Origin: Okeania sp.
Lineage (GTDB): Bacteria > Cyanobacteriota > Cyanobacteriia > Cyanobacteriales > Microcoleaceae
Assembly (NCBI RefSeq): GCF_035285525.1
Contig: NZ_JAYKGW010000041.1
Coordinates: forward strand, 1 to 24,434
DNA: 24,434 nucleotides
Direction of reading: 5' to 3'
The position numbers and the translations under genes are program-made. The notes beneath the pieces are model-generated. The model searched no databases, was not told the origin of the DNA, and saw nothing but the letters and a program-made list of their open reading frames with translations. Shown in pieces: positions 1 through 8,854 of this stretch. Every line of letters begins with the position of its first letter. Position 1 is the stretch's first letter.

Positions 1-251
1 AAAGCCCAAGGCTTTTCTAAATCATGTAAAAATGTTACTAATAAAACATCTGATAGAGAAAAAGGTAAAGTTCTTAATCCGTTCAAATGATGATAAAAAC
101 TATAGGCAATATTCATAACTTCTTGAATATGATCTATATATCCACCAACCCATGCTTGATGATTATGAGTCGAACCTCTAACCGTCTGAAAAAGTTGTCG
201 GTTTTCTTCTAAGAGTTGTAAACATTTAGAACCATTAGGTTTATCAATCAT
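1..251 (-). CDS. HD-domain phosphohydrolase-like protein, N-terminal part (ORF runs off the left edge of the window)
   Basis: My own reverse-strand translation from the ATG (complement of 249-251) gives MIDKPNGSKCLQLLEENRQLFQTVRGSTHNHQAWVGGYIDHIQEVMNIAYSFYHHLNGLRTLPFSLSDVLLVTFLHDLEKPWA. It stays open to position 1. The H...HDLEK pattern is typical of the HD superfamily. It is absent from the supplied ORF track because it is truncated. Confidence 0.5.
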   Translation of the reverse strand, partial: MIDKPNGSKCLQLLEENRQLFQTVRGSTHNHQAWVGGYIDHIQEVMNIAYSFYHHLNGLRTLPFSLSDVLLVTFLHDLEKPWA

Positions 252-295
252 TGATAATAATTCTTCAACTGTTTAGTAAATCATTTCAGGTATTA

Positions 296-316
296 GTTAT
301 CAGTTATCAGTTATCA
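296..316. repeat. STRR-like heptamer tandem repeat (GTTATCA x3)
   Basis: Read directly. The same heptamer in the other orientation (CTGATAACTGATAACT) recurs at about 1408, 2137-2152, 4873-4885 and 7351-7367. Confidence 0.8.
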
Positions 317-391
317 GTAAATACAGTTCAGTTAAGGATTTTTTGGGCAACTATTAGTAGTGGACTGACACAGCTAAAACTTTACATTAGA

Positions 392-544
392 TTTTCTCCT
401 TTCCCACCTTGTCTTCCTTGCCTTCTTTGTCTTCCTTATCCTCCTTGTCCTCCTTTTCCTCCTTCTCTCTTCTTCCTTCTCTCTTCCTCCTTCTCTCTTC
501 TTCCTTCTTCCTTCTTTCTTCTTTCTTCTTCCTTCTTCCTTCCT
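392..544. repeat. 153-nt polypyrimidine (CT) tract; the first part is a degenerate 9-mer repeat CTTGTCYTC
   Basis: Only six purines occur between 392 and 544 on the + strand (406, 411, 420, 429, 438, 447). Positions 448-544 are 97 uninterrupted C/T. The tract abuts the nfi stop codon (543-545). Confidence 0.9.
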
Positions 545-1202
545 AAAATGAAGCTAATTTATCTGCCCAACGAGTTGTTTCTGGCAACCGATATTTAGTA
601 GTACATTTTAACACATAATTAATAGCACTTTTTAAACTAATTTTATGACCAGTAGAAACATAAATTGGTTTAACTCCAGTACGACTTCTAACAACTGCAC
701 CAATAACTTCTTTTTTATCTATTAATGGTTGCCAATTACCTTTTTCTAAACCAACAGAATCATGCTCCCCAATATAATGAGATTTACCCACACCAATACT
801 AGGAATATTAACTAAAACTCCTAAGTGACAAGCTACTCCAAATCGACGAGGATGAATTAATCCTTGACCGTCACAAAGTAACAAGTCGGGAATAATATTT
901 AGCTTTTTTAAAGCTTCTAAAATAGCAGGTATTTCTCGAAAAGATAATAAACCAGGAATATAAGGAAAAGAAGTAGGAAGTTGAGCGATCGCTTGTTCTT
1001 TTAATTCTAATTCGGGAAAGTTTAAAACTGCTATTGCTGCTTGAGTAATTTGATCATCTTTACTATAACCAACATCAACTCCAGCTACATATTTAATTTC
1101 TCCAAATTTGTCTTCAGCTATTACTTGATGTCGCAGTTTTTCTTGCATAGCGATCGCCCTTTCTACGTCAGTCGGAACATCAAACTTTTGGTCTATTTTC
1201 AT
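543..1202 (-). CDS. nfi: Endonuclease V (deoxyinosine 3' endonuclease)
   Basis: 219 aa. It has the family-typical motifs VAGVDVGY, PYIPGLLSFREIP and CDGQGLIHPRRFGVACHLGV. The length is typical for Nfi. Confidence 0.85.
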   Translation of the reverse strand: MKIDQKFDVPTDVERAIAMQEKLRHQVIAEDKFGEIKYVAGVDVGYSKDDQITQAAIAVLNFPELELKEQAIAQLPTSFPYIPGLLSFREIPAILEALKKLNIIPDLLLCDGQGLIHPRRFGVACHLGVLVNIPSIGVGKSHYIGEHDSVGLEKGNWQPLIDKKEVIGAVVRSRTGVKPIYVSTGHKISLKSAINYVLKCTTKYRLPETTRWADKLASF

Positions 1203-1427
1203 AACACTATAGAACTGAATAATTTACCTACTACTTATTCTCTACTCTTCCAACTCCCCTCACCGAAAAATTGAACGTCTCCTATTAAAAAAAAATTATG
1301 ACTTACGCAAAAAAACCCAGCTTCTAGAGCAAATCATTGTTTTTAACACATAAACATCTACGAGAAACCGGGTTTCTGGGTTTGCCTGTGTAAGTCCTAA
1401 GGATCAAAAAAACTGATAACTGAAATG

Positions 1428-1817
1428 TCACTCCCTATTCTGACTATCCCTTCTCCCTAATTCATAAATACCGCAAGTGAAACAAGTAATTATTCCAATA
1501 CTAATTGACCAACTTTTATCTAAACCAAATTCTACTGCCCAATTGCATAAAGTTCCTACTATTAAAAAAGGAACAATACTAAAAATAGAAGCATAAAAAG
1601 CATTTTGAGATTCTCTTGCTTTCCGGGTTCTTTCAAATTCCTCCTCAGATGTATACAACGCTCTTTCGGCAAAATTAAACCAACGATTAAGTTGTAATGT
1701 TACCCACTCACTTACAGGGGAAAAACCCCAATATAAACCCAAAGACCACAAAGATGTACCTGCAATTGTTGTGGCATCTATGGCCACTCTAAACGGAAAA
1801 ATTTCTTCTAGAATCAT
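1428..1817 (-). CDS. Small hypothetical membrane protein
   Basis: 129-aa ORF with about three hydrophobic segments (TIAGTSLWSLGLYWGF, IFSIVPFLIVGTLCNWAV, ISIGIITCFTCGIY). I recognise no catalytic motif. Confidence 0.5.
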   Translation of the reverse strand: MILEEIFPFRVAIDATTIAGTSLWSLGLYWGFSPVSEWVTLQLNRWFNFAERALYTSEEEFERTRKARESQNAFYASIFSIVPFLIVGTLCNWAVEFGLDKSWSISIGIITCFTCGIYELGRRDSQNRE

Positions 1818-1862
1818 TTTTTAAAATCTTAAATTATTTTATTTCAGAGAATTTTAAATTAT

Positions 1863-1976
1863 TAGACATCTCCAAAAAGAAAAACCAGGGAATCAATTAT
1901 TATGCATAAATCATCAATTATTTGCCCTTCCATACCTGTTTCCAGTCAAGTGTTCCCTCTTTTCCGGAGATATCTA
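1863..1976. mobile_element. MITE, TAGACATCTCC family, copy 1 (114 bp)
   Basis: Terminal inverted repeats TAGACATCTCC...GGAGATATCTA. It is homologous to the copies at 18051-18161 and 19504-19593. It interrupts a sequence that is continuous at 7244-7268 (the empty-site equivalent). Confidence 0.75.
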
Positions 1977-2155
1977 TTAGTTATTATAGTTATATTATTA
2001 GGTAAATACACCAGTCAGCAAGATAGTTAGGATATTTTTCCCCGTCTCAAATTTAGTCCGTAAAGAAACCCTAGAAACCAGGTTTCTTAAAGAAACTGGG
2101 TTTCTCTGTGACAGCTAAGACCTTTCTACTTGCACTGATAACTGATAACTAAAAA
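1977..2155 (+). repeat. Dispersed upstream module, copy A (ends 22 bp before the histidine kinase ATG)
   Basis: It aligns by eye with 7256-7374. The 5' block is TTAGTTATTATAGTTATATT.TTA..TAAATA...CAGTCAG. The 3' block is GGTTTCTCT.. GACAGCTAAGA.CTTTCTA.TT.CACTGATAACTGATAACT. Copy A has about 45 extra internal bp that include a GAAACC.GGTTTC palindrome pair. Confidence 0.75.
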
Positions 2156-2176
2156 GCTGTATCCTCAATATGTGTA

Positions 2177-3580
2177 ATGACAATTGATAACTTTGACTGG
2201 GAATATAATCTCAAACTTATTAGAGCAGGGATCGGAACCAAAATTGGTCCAGAATTTTTTCAAGCTTGCACTCAATACCTAGCTCAAATTTTGCAAATAA
2301 AATATGCACTAATTGCAGAAATTTTAGACACCGATCCTCCAAAAGCAAAAGTATTAGCTTTCTGGTCAGAAAAAGGCTTTCTTCCTAACTTTGAATACGA
2401 TCTAGAAGGAACTCCCAGTAGTACACTTTACGAAGCAGATGTCAAAATCTATCCCCATTCAATTCAAGAACTTTTTCCTGAAGATATACACTTATTAAAC
2501 TTACAAGCTGAAGGTTATTTAGGTATTCCCATTATAGATAGTCATGGAAAAAAAATTGGTCATATTGCAGGTTTAGACACTAAACCTTTAAAAAACAGCT
2601 ATCAAGAACAAGAATATATCTTAAAAATATTTGCTGCTCGTTCTGCGGCTGAAATTGAGAGAATGTCAGCCGAAAAAGCCCTAAAACAGCAAAATATTTA
2701 CTTACAAGAAACTATTAAAAAGTTAAAAAAGACTCAATCTCAACTCATTCATGCTGAAAAAATGTCTGGTTTAGGACAAATGGTTGCCGGAGTTGCCCAT
2801 GAAATTAATAATCCTCTAAACTTTATCTCTGGCAACTTAAATCATTGCCATAACTATACAAAAGATTTATTAGATTTAATCCATCTTTTTCAACAAAAAT
2901 TCCCAAATTTACCCGCAGATATTCAAGAGAAAATTGAAGAAATTGAATTAGATTATGTGGAGAAAGATTTACCTAGCTTATTAGGTTCAATGATACTAGG
3001 AGTAAATAGAATTAGTGAAATTGTTAAATCATTACGAACTTTTTCTCGTCTAGACGAAGCCAAAATAAAACTGATAGATATTCATGCAGGTATTAACAGC
3101 ACCTTACTTATTTTGCAAGCTCGTTTAAAAAATCAGCCCTTTGAAATTCAAGTAATTAAAAATTATAACCAACTACCTTTTATTAATTGTTATGCTAGTG
3201 CATTAAATCAAGTTTTAATAAATATTATTAATAATGCCATTGATGCCCTAGAAAAAAAATTTTATCAAAACAAATTTACCGAAGAACAACCAACAATTTG
3301 TATCACAACCAAAAAATTAGAAAATAATTGGATGGGGATTTATATTTCTGATAATGGCTTAGGGATAGAAGAGAAAAACCACTCCAAAATCTTCGACCCC
3401 TTTTTTACTACTAAACCAGTTGGTAAAGGTACAGGTTTAGGCTTATCAATTAGTTATCAAATAATTGTTGAACAGCACAAAGGAAGAATCAAGTGTATTT
3501 CCTCTCCTGAAAAAGGCTCTGAATTTGTAATAGAAATACCAATAAGTTCTGTGGAACCTTTCCAAAACTATCAAATTTAG
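2177..3580 (+). CDS. Cytoplasmic GAF-domain sensor histidine kinase
   Basis: 467 aa with no obvious transmembrane segment. The N-terminal ~160 aa look GAF-like (IAEILDTD...[22 protein letters not shown]). There is a coiled-coil linker, an H-box [19 protein letters not shown], an N-box [12 protein letters not shown] and G-boxes DNGLGI / [14 protein letters not shown]. Confidence 0.85.
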   Translation: MTIDNFDWEYNLKLIRAGIGTKIGPEFFQACTQYLAQILQIKYALIAEILDTDPPKAKVLAFWSEKGFLPNFEYDLEGTPSSTLYEADVKIYPHSIQELFPEDIHLLNLQAEGYLGIPIIDSHGKKIGHIAGLDTKPLKNSYQEQEYILKIFAARSAAEIERMSAEKALKQQNIYLQETIKKLKKTQSQLIHAEKMSGLGQMVAGVAHEINNPLNFISGNLNHCHNYTKDLLDLIHLFQQKFPNLPADIQEKIEEIELDYVEKDLPSLLGSMILGVNRISEIVKSLRTFSRLDEAKIKLIDIHAGINSTLLILQARLKNQPFEIQVIKNYNQLPFINCYASALNQVLINIINNAIDALEKKFYQNKFTEEQPTICITTKKLENNWMGIYISDNGLGIEEKNHSKIFDPFFTTKPVGKGTGLGLSISYQIIVEQHKGRIKCISSPEKGSEFVIEIPISSVEPFQNYQI

Positions 3581-3600
3581 AAAGCTTGTCAGTATTCAAC

Positions 3601-3660
3601 CCCAGAAACCCAGAAAAAACCCCCAGAAACCAGGTTTCTTGAAGAAACCTGGTTTCTCTG
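3601..3660. repeat. GAAACC(N)GGTTTC palindromic repeat cluster forming a 14-bp perfect hairpin (3625-3657); possible transcript-end structure for the kinase gene
   Basis: AGAAACCAGGTTTC / loop TTGAA / GAAACCTGGTTTCT. It lies 45 nt after the stop at 3580. No U-tract follows, so it is not a canonical intrinsic terminator. The same palindrome occurs at 1363-1377, 2064-2107, 4480-4496, 4636-4650 and 7308-7322. Confidence 0.6.
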
Positions 3661-3777
3661 TGGTGACGCTGATTAAAAACTTGTGTCAAAAAGTTACTGA
3701 TTAACTGTATAATAGCGCGAGTATTAACATAGTTATTTCATTTTGACTGTAGATTCTTCCTTCAAAAAGTAAAAAAT

Positions 3778-4422
3778 ATGTCAAATCCTAGAAAAAATCT
3801 CCCACACCAATTATCTAAAACTATCAGACAAACTTTACATTATCCTCAGAAAAAATTATTACTACTAGGACTGATTGCCCTTGCTACAGCAGCTTTAGGA
3901 ATAAAACAAGAATTAGTCAAAGCACAAGAAACCAAAATTCCCAATCAACAAACCGCTTACATTAACGACTGGCAAAACGCCTCTTTCCCTGTAGAAAACT
4001 TTCAACAATATACATCACCTTTTGGCCCTCGTGGTGGAGGGTTTCATTATGGACTAGACTTAGCCGCTCCCAAAGGAAGCTATATCCGCAGTTGGTGGAC
4101 TGGCAAAGTTGTCGAAGTTTGGGAAGATGGTCGATGTGGTACTGGTATTGTAATTGAATCAGGTGCTTGGGAACACATCTATTGTCATGTTCAAGGGACG
4201 GTAGAAATTCATAACGGACGTCGCTATTTGGTAGATCGTAGTGGTGGAATTATGTTACCTCAAGGTCAAGTCCTACCTGCTGGAAGTCGAATAGCTAGAG
4301 TGGGAATGACTGGTAGAACCAGTGGTCCTCATTTACATTGGGGTTTAAAATATGGAGGACGCTGGGTAGATCCTGGTTTAGTTTTGCGAGAAATGTACTC
4401 TGAACAAACAAGGCGATCCTAA
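3778..4422 (+). CDS. M23 (LytM/lysostaphin-type) family metallopeptidase with N-terminal membrane anchor or signal
   Basis: 214 aa. Hydrophobic segment LLLLGLIALATAALGI. M23 zinc motifs HYGLDLAAP (HxxxD) and GRTSGPHLHWGL (HxH). Confidence 0.85.
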   Translation: MSNPRKNLPHQLSKTIRQTLHYPQKKLLLLGLIALATAALGIKQELVKAQETKIPNQQTAYINDWQNASFPVENFQQYTSPFGPRGGGFHYGLDLAAPKGSYIRSWWTGKVVEVWEDGRCGTGIVIESGAWEHIYCHVQGTVEIHNGRRYLVDRSGGIMLPQGQVLPAGSRIARVGMTGRTSGPHLHWGLKYGGRWVDPGLVLREMYSEQTRRS

Positions 4423-4441
4423 TAATTCATTCATTCAAAAT

Positions 4442-4729
4442 TCAAAACTAATATCATGTCTTGATAACTTAGAGAACTCAGAAACCCGGTTTCTCTTTGA
4501 CAACTTTTATTGCTAATTAGTCGTATGAAAGACGACTTTAGTTTTGAGCTAAGGAATTTATTTCTAAGCTCTTCGTTTCAACCCACTAATTAAAAAGTCA
4601 AAAGTAATGTCATGTCTTGATAATTCAGAAAACTCAGAAACCCGGTTTCTCTTTGACAACTTTTATTGCTAATTAGTCGAAAGACGACTTTAGCTTTGAG
4701 CTAAGGAATTTATTTCTATCTAAGCTCTT
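4442..4729. repeat. Two tandem copies of a ~135-bp unit (period 156 bp) in the convergent M23-peptidase/ftsH intergenic region
   Basis: Copy A spans 4442-4574 and copy B 4598-4729. Each contains CATGTCTTGATAA, the palindrome AGAAACCCGGTTTCT, TTGACAACTTTTATTGCTAATTAGTCG...GACGACTTTAG (a hairpin) and TTTGAGCTAAGGAATTTATTTCT. The copies are near-identical by eye. Confidence 0.8.
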
Positions 4730-4908
4730 TTAACCATATTAAACATCTGCGATCATAAAAAATGAAATGGGTGCATCTGATCTCAAATCAATTATGACAG
4801 AGAAATCATCAATTATTGACTTTTACCAAAAAATGAGGTATAAAGCCTCCCCTTTTAAGGAGGTTCACTCTCTACTGATAACTGATCGCTGAAAAAGCTC
4901 CCTAAATT

Positions 4909-6912
4909 TCAACTTTTCTTTTCCAAATTAATAGCCGACTTCTGTTTCTCAGGTAACTCCCTGTACTCCGAAACTATTCTCCGGAACTCATCACCCTCAA
5001 TAGTCTCCTTTTCTATCAACAAATCTACCAACCTATCAATCAAAACACGATTTTCTCGAATAACTTGTCGAGCTTTTTCATAACAATGAAAAGCCATCGT
5101 TCGTACTTGATGATCGATCTTAACCGCTACTTCCTCAGAATATTCAGACTGCTGCGACTGCCAACCTCGACCTAAAAAAACCTCCCCACTAGGATTTTCC
5201 AAAGCCAAAGGTCCTAAATCAGACATTCCATAGCGAGTTACCATTTCACGAGCCAAATTAGCAACACTTCTAATATCGTTAGTAGCTCCCACCGTAACTT
5301 CCGCCGAACCAAAAATCTCTTCTTCCGCAGCACGTCCACCTAAAGAAATTGTAATCCGATCTATCAACCAACCACGAGTATACATCCCACTGTCAATCAT
5401 TCCCTCATCCATAATAGGTTGCGCAAAACCACCCACTCCCCCAGAACGAGGAATAATAGTCACCTTATTCAAAGGATCGGAATTTTTGAGCAAAGTCATC
5501 AACAAAGCATGACCCAACTCATGGTAAGCAATTAACCGTTTTTTCTTACTATCCAATAATGGAGTCAGACTCAAACCAATAGTCACTCGGTCAATAGCAT
5601 CATCAATTTCTACAGATGTAATTCCCTCTTTGCGTCGTCTAGCAGTTAAAATCGCAGCCTCATTCAACATATTAGATAAATCCGCTCCCGAAAAACCAGG
5701 AGTCTTGCGAGCGATCGCCTCCAAAGATACCTCCGGAGTTAACTTCTTATTCCGAGCATGAACTTCCAAAATTCCTAAACGCCCATTATAAGTAGGTAAA
5801 TCAACAGTCACCTGTCTATCAAAACGACCAGGACGTAACAAAGCCGCATCCAAAACATCCGGACGATTAGTCGCCGCAATAATAATAATTCCATTATTAC
5901 CCTCAAACCCATCCATTTCCGTTAAAAGTTGGTTAAGAGTTTGTTCTCGTTCATCATTACCCCCACCAATACCAGCACCTCTTTGTCTACCGACCGCATC
6001 TATTTCATCTATAAATATGATACAAGGAGCATTTTCCTTAGCCTTTCTAAACAAATCTCGTACCCGAGAAGCTCCCACACCCACAAACATTTCCACAAAT
6101 TCCGAACCAGATATACTAAAAAAAGGAACTCCAGCTTCACCAGCGATCGCCTTTGCCAAAAGAGTCTTACCCGTTCCCGGAGGTCCTACCAAAAGCACAC
6201 CTTTAGGAATTTTCGCCCCAATAGCTGTAAACTTCTCTGGTTTTTTCAAGAAACCAACAACTTCCTGAAGTTCTTCTTTTGCTTCTTCAATACCTGCCAC
6301 ATCATCAAACAATACCCCTGTCTTAGCCTCCATCTGAAAACGTGCCCTAGACTTACCAAAATTTAAGGCATTTCCCTGAGACTGACTAGAGCGACGGAGA
6401 ATTGTCAGTAGTACAAAAATGACTACCAGAACGATGAGAATATTAAATATAATACCCATAGCAGCCGTATTATCAGGAGAGCGCTTCAGCTCAAAGTCAA
6501 TTTTTTGAGTACGAACTCGATCTAGTAATTCCGGGTTATACTCAAATACTCTCACCGTATACATTGGCTCATTAGCTTTTTGCCCTTTGAGGCTAACCCT
6601 AGCAATACCTTGAGAAGGATAAGCATCTATTTCTGTTACTTCCCCAGCCTTAATTTTCTCTAATAGCTCACTATAGCTCAGATTTTTTGGGGTCTTATTA
6701 GCAAGAGCTGGAGTTCCCAATAATGTTCCTTGAGCAATTATTCCAGTAGCTAAAATTTTCCATATTAGTTTACTACTTAATTTTTGACCAAGGATTTTAC
6801 CAAGAATAGTTTTGGTATTTTCAGTCATGGATTTCGTTTGAGATAGTAACCAGTTGTGGTGATTCATTACCTTAAGTTCATCATTTTGGATTTGTTGCCA
6901 GAAATTTTTCAT
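4909..6912 (-). CDS. ftsH: ATP-dependent zinc metalloprotease FtsH
   Basis: Walker A GPPGTGKT, Walker [10 protein letters not shown], second region of homology [20 protein letters not shown], zinc site HELGHA, and two N-terminal TM segments. The start is uncertain. In-frame ATGs at 6867 and 6828 would remove an atypical N-terminal extension. Confidence 0.95.
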   Translation of the reverse strand: MKNFWQQIQNDELKVMNHHNWLLSQTKSMTENTKTILGKILGQKLSSKLIWKILATGIIAQGTLLGTPALANKTPKNLSYSELLEKIKAGEVTEIDAYPSQGIARVSLKGQKANEPMYTVRVFEYNPELLDRVRTQKIDFELKRSPDNTAAMGIIFNILIVLVVIFVLLTILRRSSQSQGNALNFGKSRARFQMEAKTGVLFDDVAGIEEAKEELQEVVGFLKKPEKFTAIGAKIPKGVLLVGPPGTGKTLLAKAIAGEAGVPFFSISGSEFVEMFVGVGASRVRDLFRKAKENAPCIIFIDEIDAVGRQRGAGIGGGNDEREQTLNQLLTEMDGFEGNNGIIIIAATNRPDVLDAALLRPGRFDRQVTVDLPTYNGRLGILEVHARNKKLTPEVSLEAIARKTPGFSGADLSNMLNEAAILTARRRKEGITSVEIDDAIDRVTIGLSLTPLLDSKKKRLIAYHELGHALLMTLLKNSDPLNKVTIIPRSGGVGGFAQPIMDEGMIDSGMYTRGWLIDRITISLGGRAAEEEIFGSAEVTVGATNDIRSVANLAREMVTRYGMSDLGPLALENPSGEVFLGRGWQSQQSEYSEEVAVKIDHQVRTMAFHCYEKARQVIRENRVLIDRLVDLLIEKETIEGDEFRRIVSEYRELPEKQKSAINLEKKS

Positions 6913-7197
6913 TATTTTTAATTGTGGCCTTTTATCTCAATTAAGTGTGTATATCTATATAATAAATAACGTGTCTTCAAATAGAGGTTTGTTTATTTTC
7001 TGAATAGTTGCAAAAATGACAATACATTGGCGTTATTCTTCCCAATATTGTTATCCTATAAAGATATAGTCATAAGGAAATTTTTGAGAAAAAACGTAAG
7101 CATTTAGCTGTCAGCTATTAGCTATTAGTTAGTATATACCATCCCCCTAAATCCCCCTTTTTAAACTATGCTTTATCAAAATCTTTCTTAACATAAA

Positions 7198-7222
7198 ACT
7201 TGACAAAATTGACAAGTCAAGT
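7198..7222. promoter_or_regulatory. Candidate operator/promoter element: TTGAC-N4-TTGAC direct repeat embedded in the inverted repeat ACTTGAC...GTCAAGT
   Basis: The sequence ACTTGACAAAATTGACAAGTCAAGT lies in the divergent ftsH/tilS intergenic region. It carries two TTGACA hexamers (7200-7205, 7209-7214). No good -10 element sits at canonical spacing. Confidence 0.25.
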
Positions 7223-7255
7223 TATTTGTAAGTCTGGGTTCGGCATTTTAAATTA

Positions 7256-7374
7256 TTAGTTATTATAGTTATATTGTTAGCTAAATATGTCAGTCAGTAA
7301 AACAGTTAGAAACCCGGTTTCTCTGGGACAGCTAAGAACTTTCTATTTACACTGATAACTGATAACTCAAAAAA
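7256..7374 (+). repeat. Dispersed upstream module, copy B (ends 15 bp before the tilS ATG)
   Basis: See copy A at 1977-2155. Similarity extends 12 bp further upstream (ATTTTAAATTAT at 7244-7255 versus 1851-1862). That places the MITE insertion point of copy A inside the module. Confidence 0.75.
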
Positions 7375-7388
7375 CTCCCTTCCTGAAA

Positions 7389-8429
7389 ATGAATCAATCT
7401 TATTCTCAAGATTGGACACCACTCCATGACCAACTACATCAAACATTACGTCAAAGAAAATTATTACCAAAAAATCAAAGAATATTAATCGCAGTATCTG
7501 GCGGTCAAGACTCCCTCTGTCTAACCAAATTACTATTAGATTTACAATCAAAATGGAACTGGTATTTAGCAATTGCTCATTGCGACCATAAATGGCGACC
7601 TGACTCAGAAGCTAATGCTAATTATGTCAAAAAATTAGCCATAAATTGGCAACTTCCATTCTATTTAGAAACAGCAAATAAAATCTATAAAAGTGAAGCA
7701 GAAGCCAGAAAATGGCGTTATCAAACCCTAAACAAAATTGCTTTAGAATCCAACTTTCTATATATTGTAACTGGCCATACAGCCAGCGATCGCGCAGAAA
7801 CTCTCCTCTATAATCTAATTCGTGGTAGTGGAACTGATGGCCTCCAAGCCCTAACCTGGCAACGTCCCCTCACAGAAAGTTTCTCCCCCTTACTGGTACG
7901 TCCCCTATTAGAAATTAGCCGTACCCAAACAGGTAACTTTTGTCAAGAGCAAAAAATCAGAATTTGGGAAGATTCCACAAACCAAGATTTACATTATGCT
8001 CGGAACCGTATCCGCCTAGAATTATTTCCTATCCTACGGCAATTTAACCCCCAAGCTGAATTAGCTTTAGCCCAAACAGCAGAAATACTTAGTGCTGAAG
8101 TTGAATATTTTGACAATGAAACAGAAAAATTATTAGAGAAAGTAACAGAAGTTGATATAAATAACTTTAATATTTCTCAACTTGAAGAGCAACCAGTCAG
8201 ATATATTATCAATCGTTTAGTATTACGCGAAGCTCCTCTAGCTTTACAACGTAGAGTAATGAGAAACATCCTACATAAGCTTTTACCTACTAATCCTAAC
8301 TTCAGTCATATTGAAAAATTAACAGCATTAATCAACTCTCCTAACCGTTCTCAAACAGATCCCTTTCCTGGAGGAGCGATCGCCAAAGTCCAACACCCCT
8401 GGATTATTTTAGTAAGTAGGGTTTGCTGA
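7389..8429 (+). CDS. tilS: tRNA(Ile)-lysidine synthase
   Basis: 346 aa. It has the PP-loop motif ILIAVSGGQDS near the N-terminus and HTASDRAETLLYNLIRGSG, typical of TilS/MesJ. Confidence 0.85.
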   Translation: MNQSYSQDWTPLHDQLHQTLRQRKLLPKNQRILIAVSGGQDSLCLTKLLLDLQSKWNWYLAIAHCDHKWRPDSEANANYVKKLAINWQLPFYLETANKIYKSEAEARKWRYQTLNKIALESNFLYIVTGHTASDRAETLLYNLIRGSGTDGLQALTWQRPLTESFSPLLVRPLLEISRTQTGNFCQEQKIRIWEDSTNQDLHYARNRIRLELFPILRQFNPQAELALAQTAEILSAEVEYFDNETEKLLEKVTEVDINNFNISQLEEQPVRYIINRLVLREAPLALQRRVMRNILHKLLPTNPNFSHIEKLTALINSPNRSQTDPFPGGAIAKVQHPWIILVSRVC

Positions 8430-8463
8430 TTTATCAGGAACCGTAAAAGTCTGGTTGTGAAGT

Positions 8464-8712
8464 TAGGGAGTAGGGAGTAGTAGGGACACCCTTCCTTATG
8501 CAACCTCCGTACAGAATCAAGAGGAATCAGGAGTTGAGTGAGGATGTACTTGTCAAAATTATCCCTTGCCAATTTTGTCCAAGTCTTACCCAGATACTCA
8601 CTTTTTCACTCTTATAAGGCGAAAATCTGGTACTTTTTCACGTTCTCAAAAGCCTAAAACCTTTACCAATAAATGCTTTTAGATTTAATCAGCCAGCCCT
8701 AAGTAGTCGGGC
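8464..8712. repeat. Dispersed non-coding element (family C), copy 1
   Basis: It begins with GGGAGTA heptamers and ends with AAAAGCCTAAAACCTTT...TTTAGATTTAATCAGCCAGCCCTAAGTAGTCGGGC. It aligns by eye with 12689-12900 (…AAAACCTAAAAGCT…TTTAAAATTTAATCAACAAACCCTAATTAGTCGAG) and partly with 17855-17995. Boundaries are approximate. Confidence 0.5.
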
Positions 8713-8732
8713 AAAATAAATTTCCTAGTTAA

Positions 8733-8809
8733 GGGAGGGAACAGGTATGGAGGGAACACTTCACTGGAATCAAGAATTGATAATTTCTGGATCAGATTGG
8801 AGATATCTA
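8733..8809. mobile_element. Degenerate or rearranged copy of the TAGACATCTCC MITE
   Basis: It ends in GGAGATATCTA. It contains GAGGGAACACTTCACTGGAA and ACAGGTATGGA, which match the reverse complement of the interior of copy 1 (1931-1960). No left TIR is visible. Confidence 0.45.
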
Positions 8810-8854
8810 ATAGTAATGTGTAATTAATTTTGTATAAGCACTTATAAAAAATTA

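Noticed and set aside
251-598. 115-aa ORF on the + strand (…PPCLPCLLCLPYPPCPPFPPSLFFLLSSSF…)
   Set aside because: It is a translation artefact of the polypyrimidine tract. It is low-complexity, overlaps the nfi 3' end, and has no start context.
5929-6366. Antisense ORFs 5929-6366 and 6017-6268 opposite ftsH
   Set aside because: They overlap the most conserved AAA+ part of ftsH. Their composition is typical of antisense frames, with no motif or independent signals.
7306-7572. 88-aa minus-strand ORF spanning upstream module B and the tilS start
   Set aside because: It runs through a dispersed non-coding repeat and antisense to the tilS PP-loop region, so it is most likely spurious.
8351-8572. 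73-aa minus-strand ORF overlapping the tilS 3' end and the family-C repeat
   Set aside because: It sits in GGGAGTA heptamer repeat DNA and overlaps tilS, with no recognisable motif.
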